DNA of 52,436 nt from an uncultured Steroidobacteraceae bacterium (GTDB taxonomy: Bacteria; Pseudomonadota; Gammaproteobacteria; Steroidobacterales; Steroidobacteraceae): NCBI GenBank assembly GCA_964456255.1, contig CAYWDZ010000002.1, forward strand, positions 1 through 52,436. Direction: 5' to 3'. The translations under genes and the position numbers were made by a program. Below are positions 19,252 through 28,141 of this stretch, piece after piece (position 1 is the first letter of the stretch; the number at the start of each line of letters is the position of its first letter). The notes beneath the pieces were generated by a model. The model ran no database searches, was not told the DNA's origin, and saw only the letters and a list, made by a program, of their open reading frames with translations.

Positions 19252-19571
19252 TGAAGCCGCCGCACACCTTCCGCGGCGTGGTCATGAACAAGCCGGTGAA
19301 GCAGGCGGCCACCAAGCCTGCAAACCATGGTCCGGCGAAGATCCGTGTGGCGCGCGAAGTGGCCGGACGCGGCGGCAAGGGCGTGACCGTGATTACCGGC
19401 CTGCCGCTGAATGCAGTGGAGCTGGAGGATCTGGCCGGCAGACTCAAGCGCAGCTGTGGTGCCGGCGGCGCGGTGCGCGGCGATCGCATCGAGCTACAGG
19501 GCGAGCATCGCGACCGGCTGGTCGCGGAACTCGTGAAGCTGGGTTACGACGCGAAACGCGCCGGCGGCTGA
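19251..19571 (+). CDS. yciH: translation initiation factor SUI1/YciH family
   Basis: Contains ...IRVAREVAGRGGKGVTVITGL...LAGRLKRSCGAGGAVRGDRIELQGEHRDRLVAELVKLGY. The ATG overlaps the MATE stop. An alternative ATG lies at 19284. Confidence 0.8.
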   Translation: MKPPHTFRGVVMNKPVKQAATKPANHGPAKIRVAREVAGRGGKGVTVITGLPLNAVELEDLAGRLKRSCGAGGAVRGDRIELQGEHRDRLVAELVKLGYDAKRAGG

Positions 19572-19578
19572 TCGAGGC

Positions 19579-20076
19579 CTACTTGCTGGTGGCGTGACCG
19601 TGCTGCATGGACGCGTGATCCATGCCGGCATCCGGTACCAGCGGCCTGACTTCCAGCATCACCGTGATTTCGGGTTCGTACTCGAAGGTGAGCTGCAATG
19701 GCACCTTCTGCCCGACCTCGAACGGCTTCTTCAGGTCCATGAACATCACGTGCAGCCCGTTGGGTTCGAAACGCACCGACTCGCCGGGCGCGATTTCCAG
19801 CTTGCCCACGGCCCACATGCGCGCCACGCCCTCGTTATCGATGGTGCTGCGATGAATCACGATCCTGTCGCAGACCGGCGAGACGATCTTGAGCAGCTTG
19901 GCTGCTTCACTGCCCTTGTTGGTCAGCACCAGGTAACCGACTCCGGCCGCCCCGGGCGCGGTGGCGCGAGTCCAGGCTTCGCTGCCCACGACTTCGGCCA
20001 GTGCCGGTGCTGCGTTCAACAAACCGACCGCGGCAGCCAGGACTGCCATGCTGCGCCATGCTTTAGTGCTGTTCAT
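19579..20076 (-). CDS. copper chaperone PCu(A)C (DUF461)
   Basis: 165 aa with a signal peptide. YLVLTNKG...IHRS...GLHVMFMDLKKP matches the H/M-rich PCu(A)C pattern. The C-terminus is His-rich (MDHASMQHGHATSK). Confidence 0.78.
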   Translation of the reverse strand: MNSTKAWRSMAVLAAAVGLLNAAPALAEVVGSEAWTRATAPGAAGVGYLVLTNKGSEAAKLLKIVSPVCDRIVIHRSTIDNEGVARMWAVGKLEIAPGESVRFEPNGLHVMFMDLKKPFEVGQKVPLQLTFEYEPEITVMLEVRPLVPDAGMDHASMQHGHATSK

Positions 20077-20109
20077 GGCCGAATTCTAGGGCAAACTCCG
20101 CGCCCGAAT

Positions 20110-22065
20110 ATGCTCAAGTTTGACGAAGTTACCCTGCGGCGCGGTCCGCGCATCCTGTTCGCCGATGCGAACTTCAGCCTGTTTCGCGGCGAGAAGGTCG
20201 GCATCACCGGCGAGAACGGCAGCGGCAAGTCGAGCCTGCTGGCGCTGGTCCGCGGCGAACTGCAGCCCGATGCCGGTCACTTCGAGATGCCCGGCAATCT
20301 CGCGGTGGCGCATGTGGCCCAGGAACTGGATGCCATCGACCGGGCCGCCATCGAGTTCGTGCTGGATGGCGATACCGAACTCAGGGACATAGAGGCGCGC
20401 ATTGCCCGTGCCGAAGAACGCCACGAAGACGGCACCAGGCTCGCCAACCTGTACATGCAGTACGCCGCCATCGGCGGCTACGACGCGCGCGCCCGCGCCG
20501 CGCAACTGATGCACGGCCTCGGGTTCACCACGGCGGACGAACCGCGCATGGTGCGGGAGTTCTCCGGTGGCTGGCGCGTGCGCCTGAACGTGGCACGCGC
20601 GCTGATGTGCCGCTCCGACCTGCTGCTGCTCGATGAGCCCACCAACCACCTGGACCTGGACGCCATCGTGTGGCTGGAGGGCTGGCTGCGGGATTACTCC
20701 GGCACTCTGCTGCTGATCGCGCACGACCGCGAGTTCCTCGACCGCGTGGTCAACCGCATCGTGAACATCGAGCGGCAGAAGGCCACGCTCTACACCGGCA
20801 ATTACTCGGATTTCGAGACGGCGCGCGCCGCGCAGCTGGCGCAGCAGAGCGCACTGCATGCCAAGCAGGAGCGCGAGATCGCGCACATGGAAGACTTCGT
20901 GCGCCGCTTCCGTGCCAAGGCCAGCAAGGCCCGCCAGGCGCAGAGCCGCATCAAGGCGCTGGAGCGCATGCAGCGCATCGCGCCCGCGCATGTGGATTCG
21001 CCGTTCGAGTTCAGCTTTGCCGAACCGCTGAAGCTGCCGCGCCCGCTGCTGGCGATTCAGGAGCAGTCGGCCGGCTATGGCGAGCGCATCCTGCTGCACA
21101 AGGTGAGCCTCACCATTTACCCGGGCGATCGCATCTCGCTGCTGGGCCGCAACGGTGCGGGCAAATCGACGCTGGTGAAGCTGCTGGCCAATGAACTGCC
21201 CGCGCGCGGCGGCACACGCGATGACGCGCGCGACCTGAATGTGGGCTACTTCGCGCAGCACCAGCTCGAGCAGCTCGACCCGCAGGCCTCGGCCTTCCTG
21301 CACCTGCAGCGGCTGGCGCAGAAGCTCGGGCAACGGCCGGCCGAACAGGATCAGCGCAATTACCTGGCCACCTATGGCTTCACCGGCGATCGCGTATTCG
21401 AGGCCGTCGGCCCGTTCTCCGGCGGCGAGAAGGCGCGCCTGGCGCTGGCGCTGGTGGCGTACGGCAAGCCCAACCTGCTGCTGCTCGACGAGCCGACCAA
21501 TCATCTGGACCTGGAGATGCGCCAGGCACTGGCCATGGCATTGCAGGAATACACCGGCGCCGTGGTGATGGTCTCCCACGATCGTCATCTGCTCAACACC
21601 GTAACGGATCGATTCCTGCTGGTGGCCAACGGGCGCGTCGAGGATTTCGACGGTGATCTGGATGACTACGCGCGCTGGCTGTCCCGCGGCGATGCAGCGC
21701 GCGAAGCCGTCGCGCAACCCGCCGCGGCCCAACCAGCGGTGCAGCCCAAGCCGGCAGCAACCAGGCCAGCAACGCGTGACATTGCCCAGCAGCGCCGCCG
21801 TGAGGGCGCCGAAGCACGCAAGGCGCTGGCGCCACTGCGCTCACGCCTGACACGCTGCGAGAAGCGCCTGCAGGAACTGGCAGAGCAGGCGAAGAAGCTC
21901 GACGCGCAGCTGGCCGACCCGGGGTTGTATGCCGCAAGCGAACGCGCGCGTCAGCAGGACCTGACTGCCCAGCGTGCGCGCATCGCGCAGGAGACCGAAC
22001 AGGTCGAGGCCGAGTGGCTGCAGGTTTCAGAAGAACTCGAACAGGCAACGGGTATTACCAGCTGA
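20110..22065 (+). CDS. yheS: ABC-F family ATPase, YheS-like
   Basis: ATG at 20110. Two ABC cassettes (GENGSGKSS and GRNGAGKST; FSGGWRVRLNVARAL and FSGGEKARLALA) and a C-terminal coiled-coil tail. Colinear with E. coli YheS as I recall it. Confidence 0.85.
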   Translation: MLKFDEVTLRRGPRILFADANFSLFRGEKVGITGENGSGKSSLLALVRGELQPDAGHFEMPGNLAVAHVAQELDAIDRAAIEFVLDGDTELRDIEARIARAEERHEDGTRLANLYMQYAAIGGYDARARAAQLMHGLGFTTADEPRMVREFSGGWRVRLNVARALMCRSDLLLLDEPTNHLDLDAIVWLEGWLRDYSGTLLLIAHDREFLDRVVNRIVNIERQKATLYTGNYSDFETARAAQLAQQSALHAKQEREIAHMEDFVRRFRAKASKARQAQSRIKALERMQRIAPAHVDSPFEFSFAEPLKLPRPLLAIQEQSAGYGERILLHKVSLTIYPGDRISLLGRNGAGKSTLVKLLANELPARGGTRDDARDLNVGYFAQHQLEQLDPQASAFLHLQRLAQKLGQRPAEQDQRNYLATYGFTGDRVFEAVGPFSGGEKARLALALVAYGKPNLLLLDEPTNHLDLEMRQALAMALQEYTGAVVMVSHDRHLLNTVTDRFLLVANGRVEDFDGDLDDYARWLSRGDAAREAVAQPAAAQPAVQPKPAATRPATRDIAQQRRREGAEARKALAPLRSRLTRCEKRLQELAEQAKKLDAQLADPGLYAASERARQQDLTAQRARIAQETEQVEAEWLQVSEELEQATGITS

Positions 22066-22168
22066 TACCCCAGGGGGGACCAGCAATGGACCCCGCCCGA
22101 ATAGCTCGCCCGTCCACCGGCCGTGGTCTTCCATGGCTCCCGTCACGCCGGGACGGGGAGCCGCAAAC

Positions 22169-22348
22169 ATGGGATTCGCAAGGTTCGCGATGCTGGCAGG
22201 CCAGATGCTGATCGGCTGCGGGGCCGTCATCCCCGGGGCGATGCTGGAAGCGGCATCTACCGGCGAGCTGCGCCAGATGGAGCAACTGACGGAAGAAGGT
22301 GAACCGCGTGAAGACCCGCCTCAGGACGGATCGTCGGGAATCAGGTGA
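22169..22348 (+). CDS. possible small lipoprotein (59 aa)
   Basis: MGFARFAMLAGQMLIGCGAV... has a lipobox LIGC followed by an acidic tail. GGGGAG lies 8 nt upstream. It sits in a 255-bp convergent gap and overlaps the ribA 3' end by 28 nt. No homology support. Confidence 0.3.
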   Translation: MGFARFAMLAGQMLIGCGAVIPGAMLEAASTGELRQMEQLTEEGEPREDPPQDGSSGIR

Positions 22349-23469
22349 CCGGCGCGATCGCGCTTGGTGCGGATGTAGCGCTCGTTGTGCGCATTGGGCG
22401 AGGCCAGCAGCGATTCGATCTCGGCGACATCGATGCCCCGCGCCCTGAGCTCGCGCACCTTGTGCGGACTGTTGGTCAGCAAGCGAATGCGCGTGTAGCC
22501 CAGTGACTTGAGCATTGCGGCAGCGATGGCGTAGCTGCGCTCGTCGGCACTGAAGCCCAGGTGCCGGTCGGCATCCACGGTGTCCAGACCCTCGTCCTGC
22601 AGCTCGTAGGCGCGCAGCTTGTTGGCCAGGCCGATGCCGCGCCCTTCCTGTGCCAGGTACAGCAGCACGCCGCCGCCCTCTGCGTGCAAGCGCTTCACCG
22701 CGGTCTGCAGCTGTTCGCCGCAGTCGCAACGCAGGCTGCCGAGAAGGTCACCGGTGAAACACGAGGAATGCGCGCGCACGGGCACCACCGCTGCCGGATC
22801 CGGATTGCCCACGATCACCGCCACATGCTCGGAGGCATCGCGCCGATCGCGGAACAGCACCAGGCGGCTGGCCTCCTCTTCGCGCAATGGCACGCGTGCC
22901 TCGCTGACGCGCACCAGGTCATCGTCAGTGGGATGCGCATGACGCTGCACCTGGTCCACCCGTACGGCCAGCACACTGGCCGGCGCGGTGTCGGTGATCA
23001 CCTCCGAGACCAGCAGTGCCGGCAGCAATTGCGCGCTCTTGGCCAGCTGCACCGCCGCGGCGGCCAGCTGATCGGCGCAACTGGCCTGCGGCGCGGGAGT
23101 TCCCAATGCCGCGCGCCATGCATCCGCATCCCAGTGGCGCCCCAGTTCCAGCAATTGCGTGGCACTGAGGTTTGCGGGCACGTTCAGCAGCAACAACTCA
23201 TCGGATTCGCAGGGCACCGCGAGCTGCGCGGCGCGCTCACCGGTAATCACCAGCGCCGCACCGGGCTGTGCCAGCAAATGCGCGACCAGCGGTTCCTCGG
23301 CGGTTTCCAGCGGCGCCACGAGGCGCCACGCGCGGCCACCGGCTTCCTGCACGACGATGCCCCGGCCGCGCCGCAGTTCGGCCAGGGCGCGGTCCACGGC
23401 CACCAGCGCCGGGTCACCCTGGGGCGGGTCGGGCGCGCGAGGTATGGCTTGCAGGCGGGGTCCGGACAT
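22321..23469 (-). CDS. ribA: GTP cyclohydrolase II, long form with an N-terminal extra domain
   Basis: The C-terminal half has SSCFTGDLLGSLRCDCGEQL and LYLAQEGRGIGLANKLRAYELQDEGLDTVDA. The N-terminal region of about 170 aa is an uncharacterised or degenerate domain. Confidence 0.85.
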   Translation of the reverse strand: MSGPRLQAIPRAPDPPQGDPALVAVDRALAELRRGRGIVVQEAGGRAWRLVAPLETAEEPLVAHLLAQPGAALVITGERAAQLAVPCESDELLLLNVPANLSATQLLELGRHWDADAWRAALGTPAPQASCADQLAAAAVQLAKSAQLLPALLVSEVITDTAPASVLAVRVDQVQRHAHPTDDDLVRVSEARVPLREEEASRLVLFRDRRDASEHVAVIVGNPDPAAVVPVRAHSSCFTGDLLGSLRCDCGEQLQTAVKRLHAEGGGVLLYLAQEGRGIGLANKLRAYELQDEGLDTVDADRHLGFSADERSYAIAAAMLKSLGYTRIRLLTNSPHKVRELRARGIDVAEIESLLASPNAHNERYIRTKRDRAGHLIPDDPS

Positions 23470-23501
23470 GGCGGAAAGCCTACTACAACGTCCGGGGCGG
23501 G

Positions 23502-24362
23502 TTACGTGCCGGAGGCCACGACCCCGGCCAGTCGATCGAAGGCGCCCGCCCCGGGGCCGCTCCCGAAGCGGAAGCTGGAGACGGCCAGGGCGCCCATGAA
23601 CAGCTCGCCATAGATGGCAGTGGCCGGATCATCCCCGGCCGCGCCCGCCACCACCATCAGCGGGATCAGATGGTCCTCATGGGGATGCGATTCACGCGCC
23701 GCCGGGGCCCGCTCCCAGGCGATGAGCGCCGCGCGACGATCGGCCGGTGTGGTACCCAGCAGCGCCTTGCGCAACCAGGCATCGAAGGCAGCCGCGGGCC
23801 CGGCGCCGGATGCGTTCCAGCGCCCGAGGTTGTGATAGCTCTGGCCGCTGCCGATGATCAGGATGTTGGCGTCGCGCAGCGGTGCCAGCGCCCTGCCCGC
23901 TGCGATGTGTTCGGCCGGGTCCATGTGGGCCCGCATGGAGAGTTGCACGACAGGCACATCGGCCTGCGGATAGATCGGCTTCATCATGCTGAAGGTGCCA
24001 TGGTCGAAGCCACGCTCCGGATCCGCGCCGCACGTGAACCCAGCTTCATTCAGCAGCTGCTGCACGCGCGCAGCCAGTTGTGGCGACCCCGGCGCGGGAT
24101 AGCGGATGTGATAGGTCTCGGGCGGGAAGCCGTAGTAGTCGTACACCATGCCCGGATGCGGCGCGGAAGAAACGGTGAAGTCCGGTTCTTCCCAATGACC
24201 CGATATCACCAGCACTGCGTCCGGTGGCGCGGGCAATTGCCGCGGGATGTCCTGCAGTGCACGTTCCATCAGATTGAAATGCGCACGCATGGGCCCCTGC
24301 ATGTAAGGCCAGGGACCACCGCCGTGGGAGAGGAAATAGACCGGTTGACGCATGCGCGCCAC
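23502..24362 (-). CDS. ygiD: class III extradiol dioxygenase, YgiD / 4,5-DOPA-dioxygenase-like
   Basis: Motifs: PVYFLSHGGGPWPY, ISGHWEEP, MVYDYYGFP, FDHGTF, HEDHLIPL. An alternative start lies 3 codons downstream. Confidence 0.8.
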   Translation of the reverse strand: MARMRQPVYFLSHGGGPWPYMQGPMRAHFNLMERALQDIPRQLPAPPDAVLVISGHWEEPDFTVSSAPHPGMVYDYYGFPPETYHIRYPAPGSPQLAARVQQLLNEAGFTCGADPERGFDHGTFSMMKPIYPQADVPVVQLSMRAHMDPAEHIAAGRALAPLRDANILIIGSGQSYHNLGRWNASGAGPAAAFDAWLRKALLGTTPADRRAALIAWERAPAARESHPHEDHLIPLMVVAGAAGDDPATAIYGELFMGALAVSSFRFGSGPGAGAFDRLAGVVASGT

Positions 24363-24405
24363 TCTACCTGCGTTGCCTTGCCTTCGCGCACGGGCCGGAG
24401 CCGTT

Positions 24406-24441
24406 CCGGACCAGCCATCGCCATGGCGATGACCGGTCCGG
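24406..24441 (-). terminator. long imperfect hairpin after the TonB-dependent receptor
   Basis: CCGGACC..CATCGCCA|TGGCGATG..GGTCCGG. It contains a perfect 16-bp palindrome (CATCGCCATGGCGATG) flanked by 7-bp arms, 23 nt past the receptor stop. There is no clear U-tract. Confidence 0.45.
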
Positions 24442-24463
24442 CCGGCAGCAGCAACCGATCCCG

Positions 24464-26455
24464 TCAGTCGAAGCGCGCCCGCACCATCAGCCGCACATCG
24501 CGGCCAGGCATGATCACCTCATCCTTGTTCAGTGCCACGGCATTGCGCTGTGAACTGTCGGTGAGGTTGTGTCCGATCAACGCGAACTCGATACCCGGAT
24601 GCGCGACCCAGGGCCGCAGGGCGATCTGCGCGTCGACATTGGTGAAGGCCTTCGTGACCGACTCCGAAGTTGCCAGCTTGTCCTGCTTGCCGGCGTACTT
24701 CACGGTCACCCGCGCATCGAAGCGCGGGCTCTGCCAGGACAGTCCGCCACCCACGTGGTACGGCGGAATGCGGGGCACATTGCCGCCACCGTTGGACAGC
24801 GTCGCGCGTACCACATCGCCCAGCAGATCGATGTGCAGGTCACCGGCGGAACTCTGCAGCAATTCGATCTCCGCGTGAGCTTCGGCGCCACGGAAGCGCG
24901 CGTCGCGCTGCACGTAGAACATCTCCTTGAGTTCCTCGCCGTTGTCTGGCGCGCAGTTGCCATCCTCGTCGCAGAACTGCCCGGTCAGCGCCCCGTAGAT
25001 GTAGTTGTTGAACCTCGTCACCCAGATCGAGCCGTCCGCATGGACGCGCTCGCCGCGGAAGCGCAGTGACACCTCCGCCGAATTGGCCCGCTCCAGCCCG
25101 AGCGTGGCATCGCCGATTTCGTAAGTGACCGGGCCATCGTGCGGTCCACGCGCGAACAACTCCGTTTGCGCCGGCGCGCGCGCAGCCGATGACAGCGCGA
25201 GACCCAGACGCCATGCTTCCGCCACGTCGAACACCAGTCCCGCGGAACCGCTGATCGGCGTGAAGCTGCGCGAAGTGGCCACATCGGCGACGGACGTGCC
25301 CTTGACACGCACGTTCTCGACCCGCGTTCCGAACTGCAGGCGCACCGTGTCGGCCAGCGGCGCCTCGGCAAAGCCGAAGACCGCGCCGGTCCTGGTCAGG
25401 GTGGGCAACAGGTATTCGGAGCCCTCTCCCAGTGCGGAGAAATCCTTGTGCTGCAACTGGATGCCCAGCGCCGTTGCCGAAAGCACGCCCAGCTCTCCGC
25501 CCACGGCTTCGGCCCGCGTCTCCCATTCCTTGTCCTTGAAGGTGGCGCCGATGTCTCCGTCTTCGATTTCGCTGTGCTGGTAGTCGGCCCAGCCGCCATC
25601 GACGGTGAGCCGCTCCCATGGACCGGCAGACAGGCCCCAGGCCGAGCGCAGTGACAGCTTGGTCTGCTCCATGTCGATGTAGGCTTCCTCGCCGGGAATG
25701 CCGTACTTCGATTCATGCCGCGTGACTCCGAGGCCAAGGTCGTTGTCGCCGCTGATCCATGCGCCACCCAGTGCACCGCCATGCGCGCGCATCCAGGAGT
25801 TTCCCAGTGTTCCCTCCGGCGTGTCGTAGTCATCGGAGTGCCTGTCGAAGGCGTCGGCATGGAAGGCCAGGCCCTCGCGGCGCATGTTGAACTGGCCGGC
25901 AAAGTCGCGGCTGTCCGCGCCACTGCCGAACTCGCTGACCACTTCTCCCGACAGCGTCCCGTCCGGGAGGCGAGTGGGCACGCGATTGCTGATCGCATTG
26001 ACCACGCCACCGATTGCCTGGCTGCCGTAACGCAGCGTGGCAGCGCCGCGCACCACTTCCACGCGATCGGCGGTGAACGGGTCGATGGGTACGCCGTGGT
26101 CGGGCCCAACGTCCGAGACGTCGAAGCTGCCGACACCATCTTCGAGCACGCGCACGCGGTTGGCGTCCATGCCGCGGATCACCGGTCTGCCGGCACCGGC
26201 CGCGAAGCCGCTACTGGTCACGCCCGGCACCTGATCGAGCGCATCCGCCAGCGTGTTGCCGCCGGAGCGCAGCAGCTGGTCACGGTCGGCGCTGCCGGCA
26301 ATGGTGGCCAGATGGTCGGGGTCGCCGATCGGCGAAGCCGTGACCACGACCTGCTCCAGCTCTTCGGCATGTTCGATCTCTTGCGCGTATGCAGTGGAAA
26401 GGGATGAAACGAGGGTCAACGCCAGCACGGCGCCGCCCGGATGAATTCTGGACAT
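24464..26455 (-). CDS. TonB-dependent receptor (663 aa), metal-uptake type suspected
   Basis: ATG at 26455 (MSRIHPGGAVLALTLVSSLSTAYAQE). Plug motif RPVIRGMDANRVRVLEDGVGSFDVSDVGPDHGV...VEVVRGAATLRYGSQAIGGVVN, followed by a beta-barrel. It ends ...VRARFD. Confidence 0.9.
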   Translation of the reverse strand: MSRIHPGGAVLALTLVSSLSTAYAQEIEHAEELEQVVVTASPIGDPDHLATIAGSADRDQLLRSGGNTLADALDQVPGVTSSGFAAGAGRPVIRGMDANRVRVLEDGVGSFDVSDVGPDHGVPIDPFTADRVEVVRGAATLRYGSQAIGGVVNAISNRVPTRLPDGTLSGEVVSEFGSGADSRDFAGQFNMRREGLAFHADAFDRHSDDYDTPEGTLGNSWMRAHGGALGGAWISGDNDLGLGVTRHESKYGIPGEEAYIDMEQTKLSLRSAWGLSAGPWERLTVDGGWADYQHSEIEDGDIGATFKDKEWETRAEAVGGELGVLSATALGIQLQHKDFSALGEGSEYLLPTLTRTGAVFGFAEAPLADTVRLQFGTRVENVRVKGTSVADVATSRSFTPISGSAGLVFDVAEAWRLGLALSSAARAPAQTELFARGPHDGPVTYEIGDATLGLERANSAEVSLRFRGERVHADGSIWVTRFNNYIYGALTGQFCDEDGNCAPDNGEELKEMFYVQRDARFRGAEAHAEIELLQSSAGDLHIDLLGDVVRATLSNGGGNVPRIPPYHVGGGLSWQSPRFDARVTVKYAGKQDKLATSESVTKAFTNVDAQIALRPWVAHPGIEFALIGHNLTDSSQRNAVALNKDEVIMPGRDVRLMVRARFD

Positions 26456-26534
26456 GTTGTTACCTGCGAATTGAGATGCCTGATGGCTGCGCGTATCCAC
26501 AACGGAACGCGCAGGATCGCTTGCAGACCACCAC

Positions 26535-26581
26535 CCGCCGCACGGCGGGACGGCATTTGCCGTCACTGCGAATGAATTCGC
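26535..26581 (-). promoter_or_regulatory. three consecutive short palindromes in the 177-nt spacer upstream of the TonB receptor
   Basis: CCGCCGcaCGGCGG (26535-26548), GACGGCAttTGCCGTC (26549-26564) and GCGAATgaATTCGC (26568-26581). Function unknown. Confidence 0.25.
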
Positions 26582-26632
26582 CGGTCAGCGGGCGGTCGGA
26601 AGCGGGCCGGCGCGTCGAACACGCCGGCCTGG

Positions 26633-27001
26633 TTACGCGATCGGAGGCCGGAACAACCTGCCGATGCGCTGCACGGGATCCGGCAACACGAGTGCCGGAG
26701 GATTCAACACGGAAACGAACTGCACCACGGGCACCGTTACCACCGCGGTGGTACCGGCATATACGCCGCCATCATCCGTGTGCAGCTGGCCATGCTCGCC
26801 GCGCGCGTGTTCCGCATCGAGCTCGCGCTCCATGCCGGAATCAGGGCGGAAGTTCTCGTGGCTCAGTTGCGCCAGCTCATGGCCGAGCTGATGTGTCTCG
26901 CACCAGGTGGAGTAGATCGGCCGCGCCAGCACACACAACATCGCCAGCCCCAGCACCGCGAGGCGCAAGGCAGGAGGCAGGCGTTTGAGCGGATGAACCA
27001 C
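26633..27001 (-). CDS. hypothetical membrane-anchored His-rich protein
   Basis: 122 aa. N-terminal signal or anchor (LRLAVLGLAMLCVLARP), then six His within about 40 residues (CETHQLGHELAQLSHEN...DAEHARGEHGQLHTDD). It lies 9 nt after the MFS stop. Confidence 0.5.
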   Translation of the reverse strand: MVHPLKRLPPALRLAVLGLAMLCVLARPIYSTWCETHQLGHELAQLSHENFRPDSGMERELDAEHARGEHGQLHTDDGGVYAGTTAVVTVPVVQFVSVLNPPALVLPDPVQRIGRLFRPPIA

Positions 27002-27010
27002 GCGGCTAAT

Positions 27011-28141
27011 CTAGCCTGCGGCAGCCCGGTTTGCCACCGGCAACCAGCGCGCCAGGGGCAATGCCAGCACTGCGCCCGTGGCCGCCATCAGCAGGGCCGA
27101 CGGGAGCGTCAGCCACGTTGCGACGTGGCCCCAGAACACGCTGCCCGCGGCGAGACAGCCGTAGAACACGGCCGAGTAGAGTGCCATGCCGCGCGCACGA
27201 ATCGCATCGGGCACCGCGAGCTGCGCCGCCACGTTCAGCGAAGACAGCGAGGCAATCCAGGCCGTGCCGGCCAGGATGCTGGCAATGAGGCCCAGCGCCT
27301 TCACATGCAGCAACGCATAGGCCGTCATGGCAAGCGCGGTGCCGATCGTGCCGATGAACAGCGTGCCATCCAGCCCGAAGCGCTGGCGCGCACGCGGCAG
27401 CCACCATGCACCGGCGACGCCACCCGCGCCGATGCAACCCACCAGGATTCCGAACAGGCGCTCGTCACCCGCCAGCTGCTCGCGCGCAATCAGGGGCAAC
27501 ACCGCCCAGTAAGCACTGCCGAAGAAATAGAACGCGACCGACCGCAGCAGCGTGTTGCGCATGGAACGAATGCCCAGTGCGTGCCTCACGCCGGAACCGA
27601 TCGATGCGAACAGACTTTCGCTGGTCGGCGTCCGTACCGGCGCAGCCGCAGGCCGCCAGATCCACAGCGCCACGATGATCGCCACGAACGACAACGCATT
27701 CAGGAAGAACGGCCACGCGATGCCCAGCGTGAAGATCAGCAGGCCGCCCAGTGCCGGTCCGATCGCGCGGCTCACGTTGATGCCGACAGCATGCAGTGCG
27801 ATCGCGGGAGCCAGTCTTTCGCGCGGCACCAGTTGCGGCAGGATGGCCTGCCAGGTCGGCACGCTGATGGCCGTGATGACGCCCAGGCCAAAGGTAATCG
27901 CCAGCAGTGCAGCAGTGTCCGCGGCACCCAGCAGCACCAGCACGCCCAGCAGTGCCGCGAGCAGCAGCGCCACGAATTGCACCAGCATCAGCAGGCGGCG
28001 CCGGTCGGCGCGATCAGCCAGCGCACCGGCGGGAATGGCCAGCAGGAACACGGGCAGTGTTGTCGCCGCCTGGACCAGCGCCACCATGGATGGCGTCGGG
28101 TCCAGCGTGGCCATCAGCCATCCGGCCGCGGCATCGTGCAT
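27011..28141 (-). CDS. MFS transporter, MFS_3 / EntS-like family
   Basis: 376 aa from the first ATG, polytopic. The in-frame upstream codons encode SPFRYRDFALLWTAALLSNTGSW, the usual TM1 of this family, but there is no ATG/GTG/TTG (see findings). Confidence 0.8.
   Translation of the reverse strand: MHDAAAGWLMATLDPTPSMVALVQAATTLPVFLLAIPAGALADRADRRRLLMLVQFVALLLAALLGVLVLLGAADTAALLAITFGLGVITAISVPTWQAILPQLVPRERLAPAIALHAVGINVSRAIGPALGGLLIFTLGIAWPFFLNALSFVAIIVALWIWRPAAAPVRTPTSESLFASIGSGVRHALGIRSMRNTLLRSVAFYFFGSAYWAVLPLIAREQLAGDERLFGILVGCIGAGGVAGAWWLPRARQRFGLDGTLFIGTIGTALAMTAYALLHVKALGLIASILAGTAWIASLSSLNVAAQLAVPDAIRARGMALYSAVFYGCLAAGSVFWGHVATWLTLPSALLMAATGAVLALPLARWLPVANRAAAG

Noticed and set aside
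19594-20109. 172-codon N-terminal extension of the ABC-F ORF (track 19594..22065)
   Set aside because: It is antisense to the PCu(A)C gene. The ABC-F family N-terminus (MLKFDEVTLRRG...) starts at the ATG at 20110.
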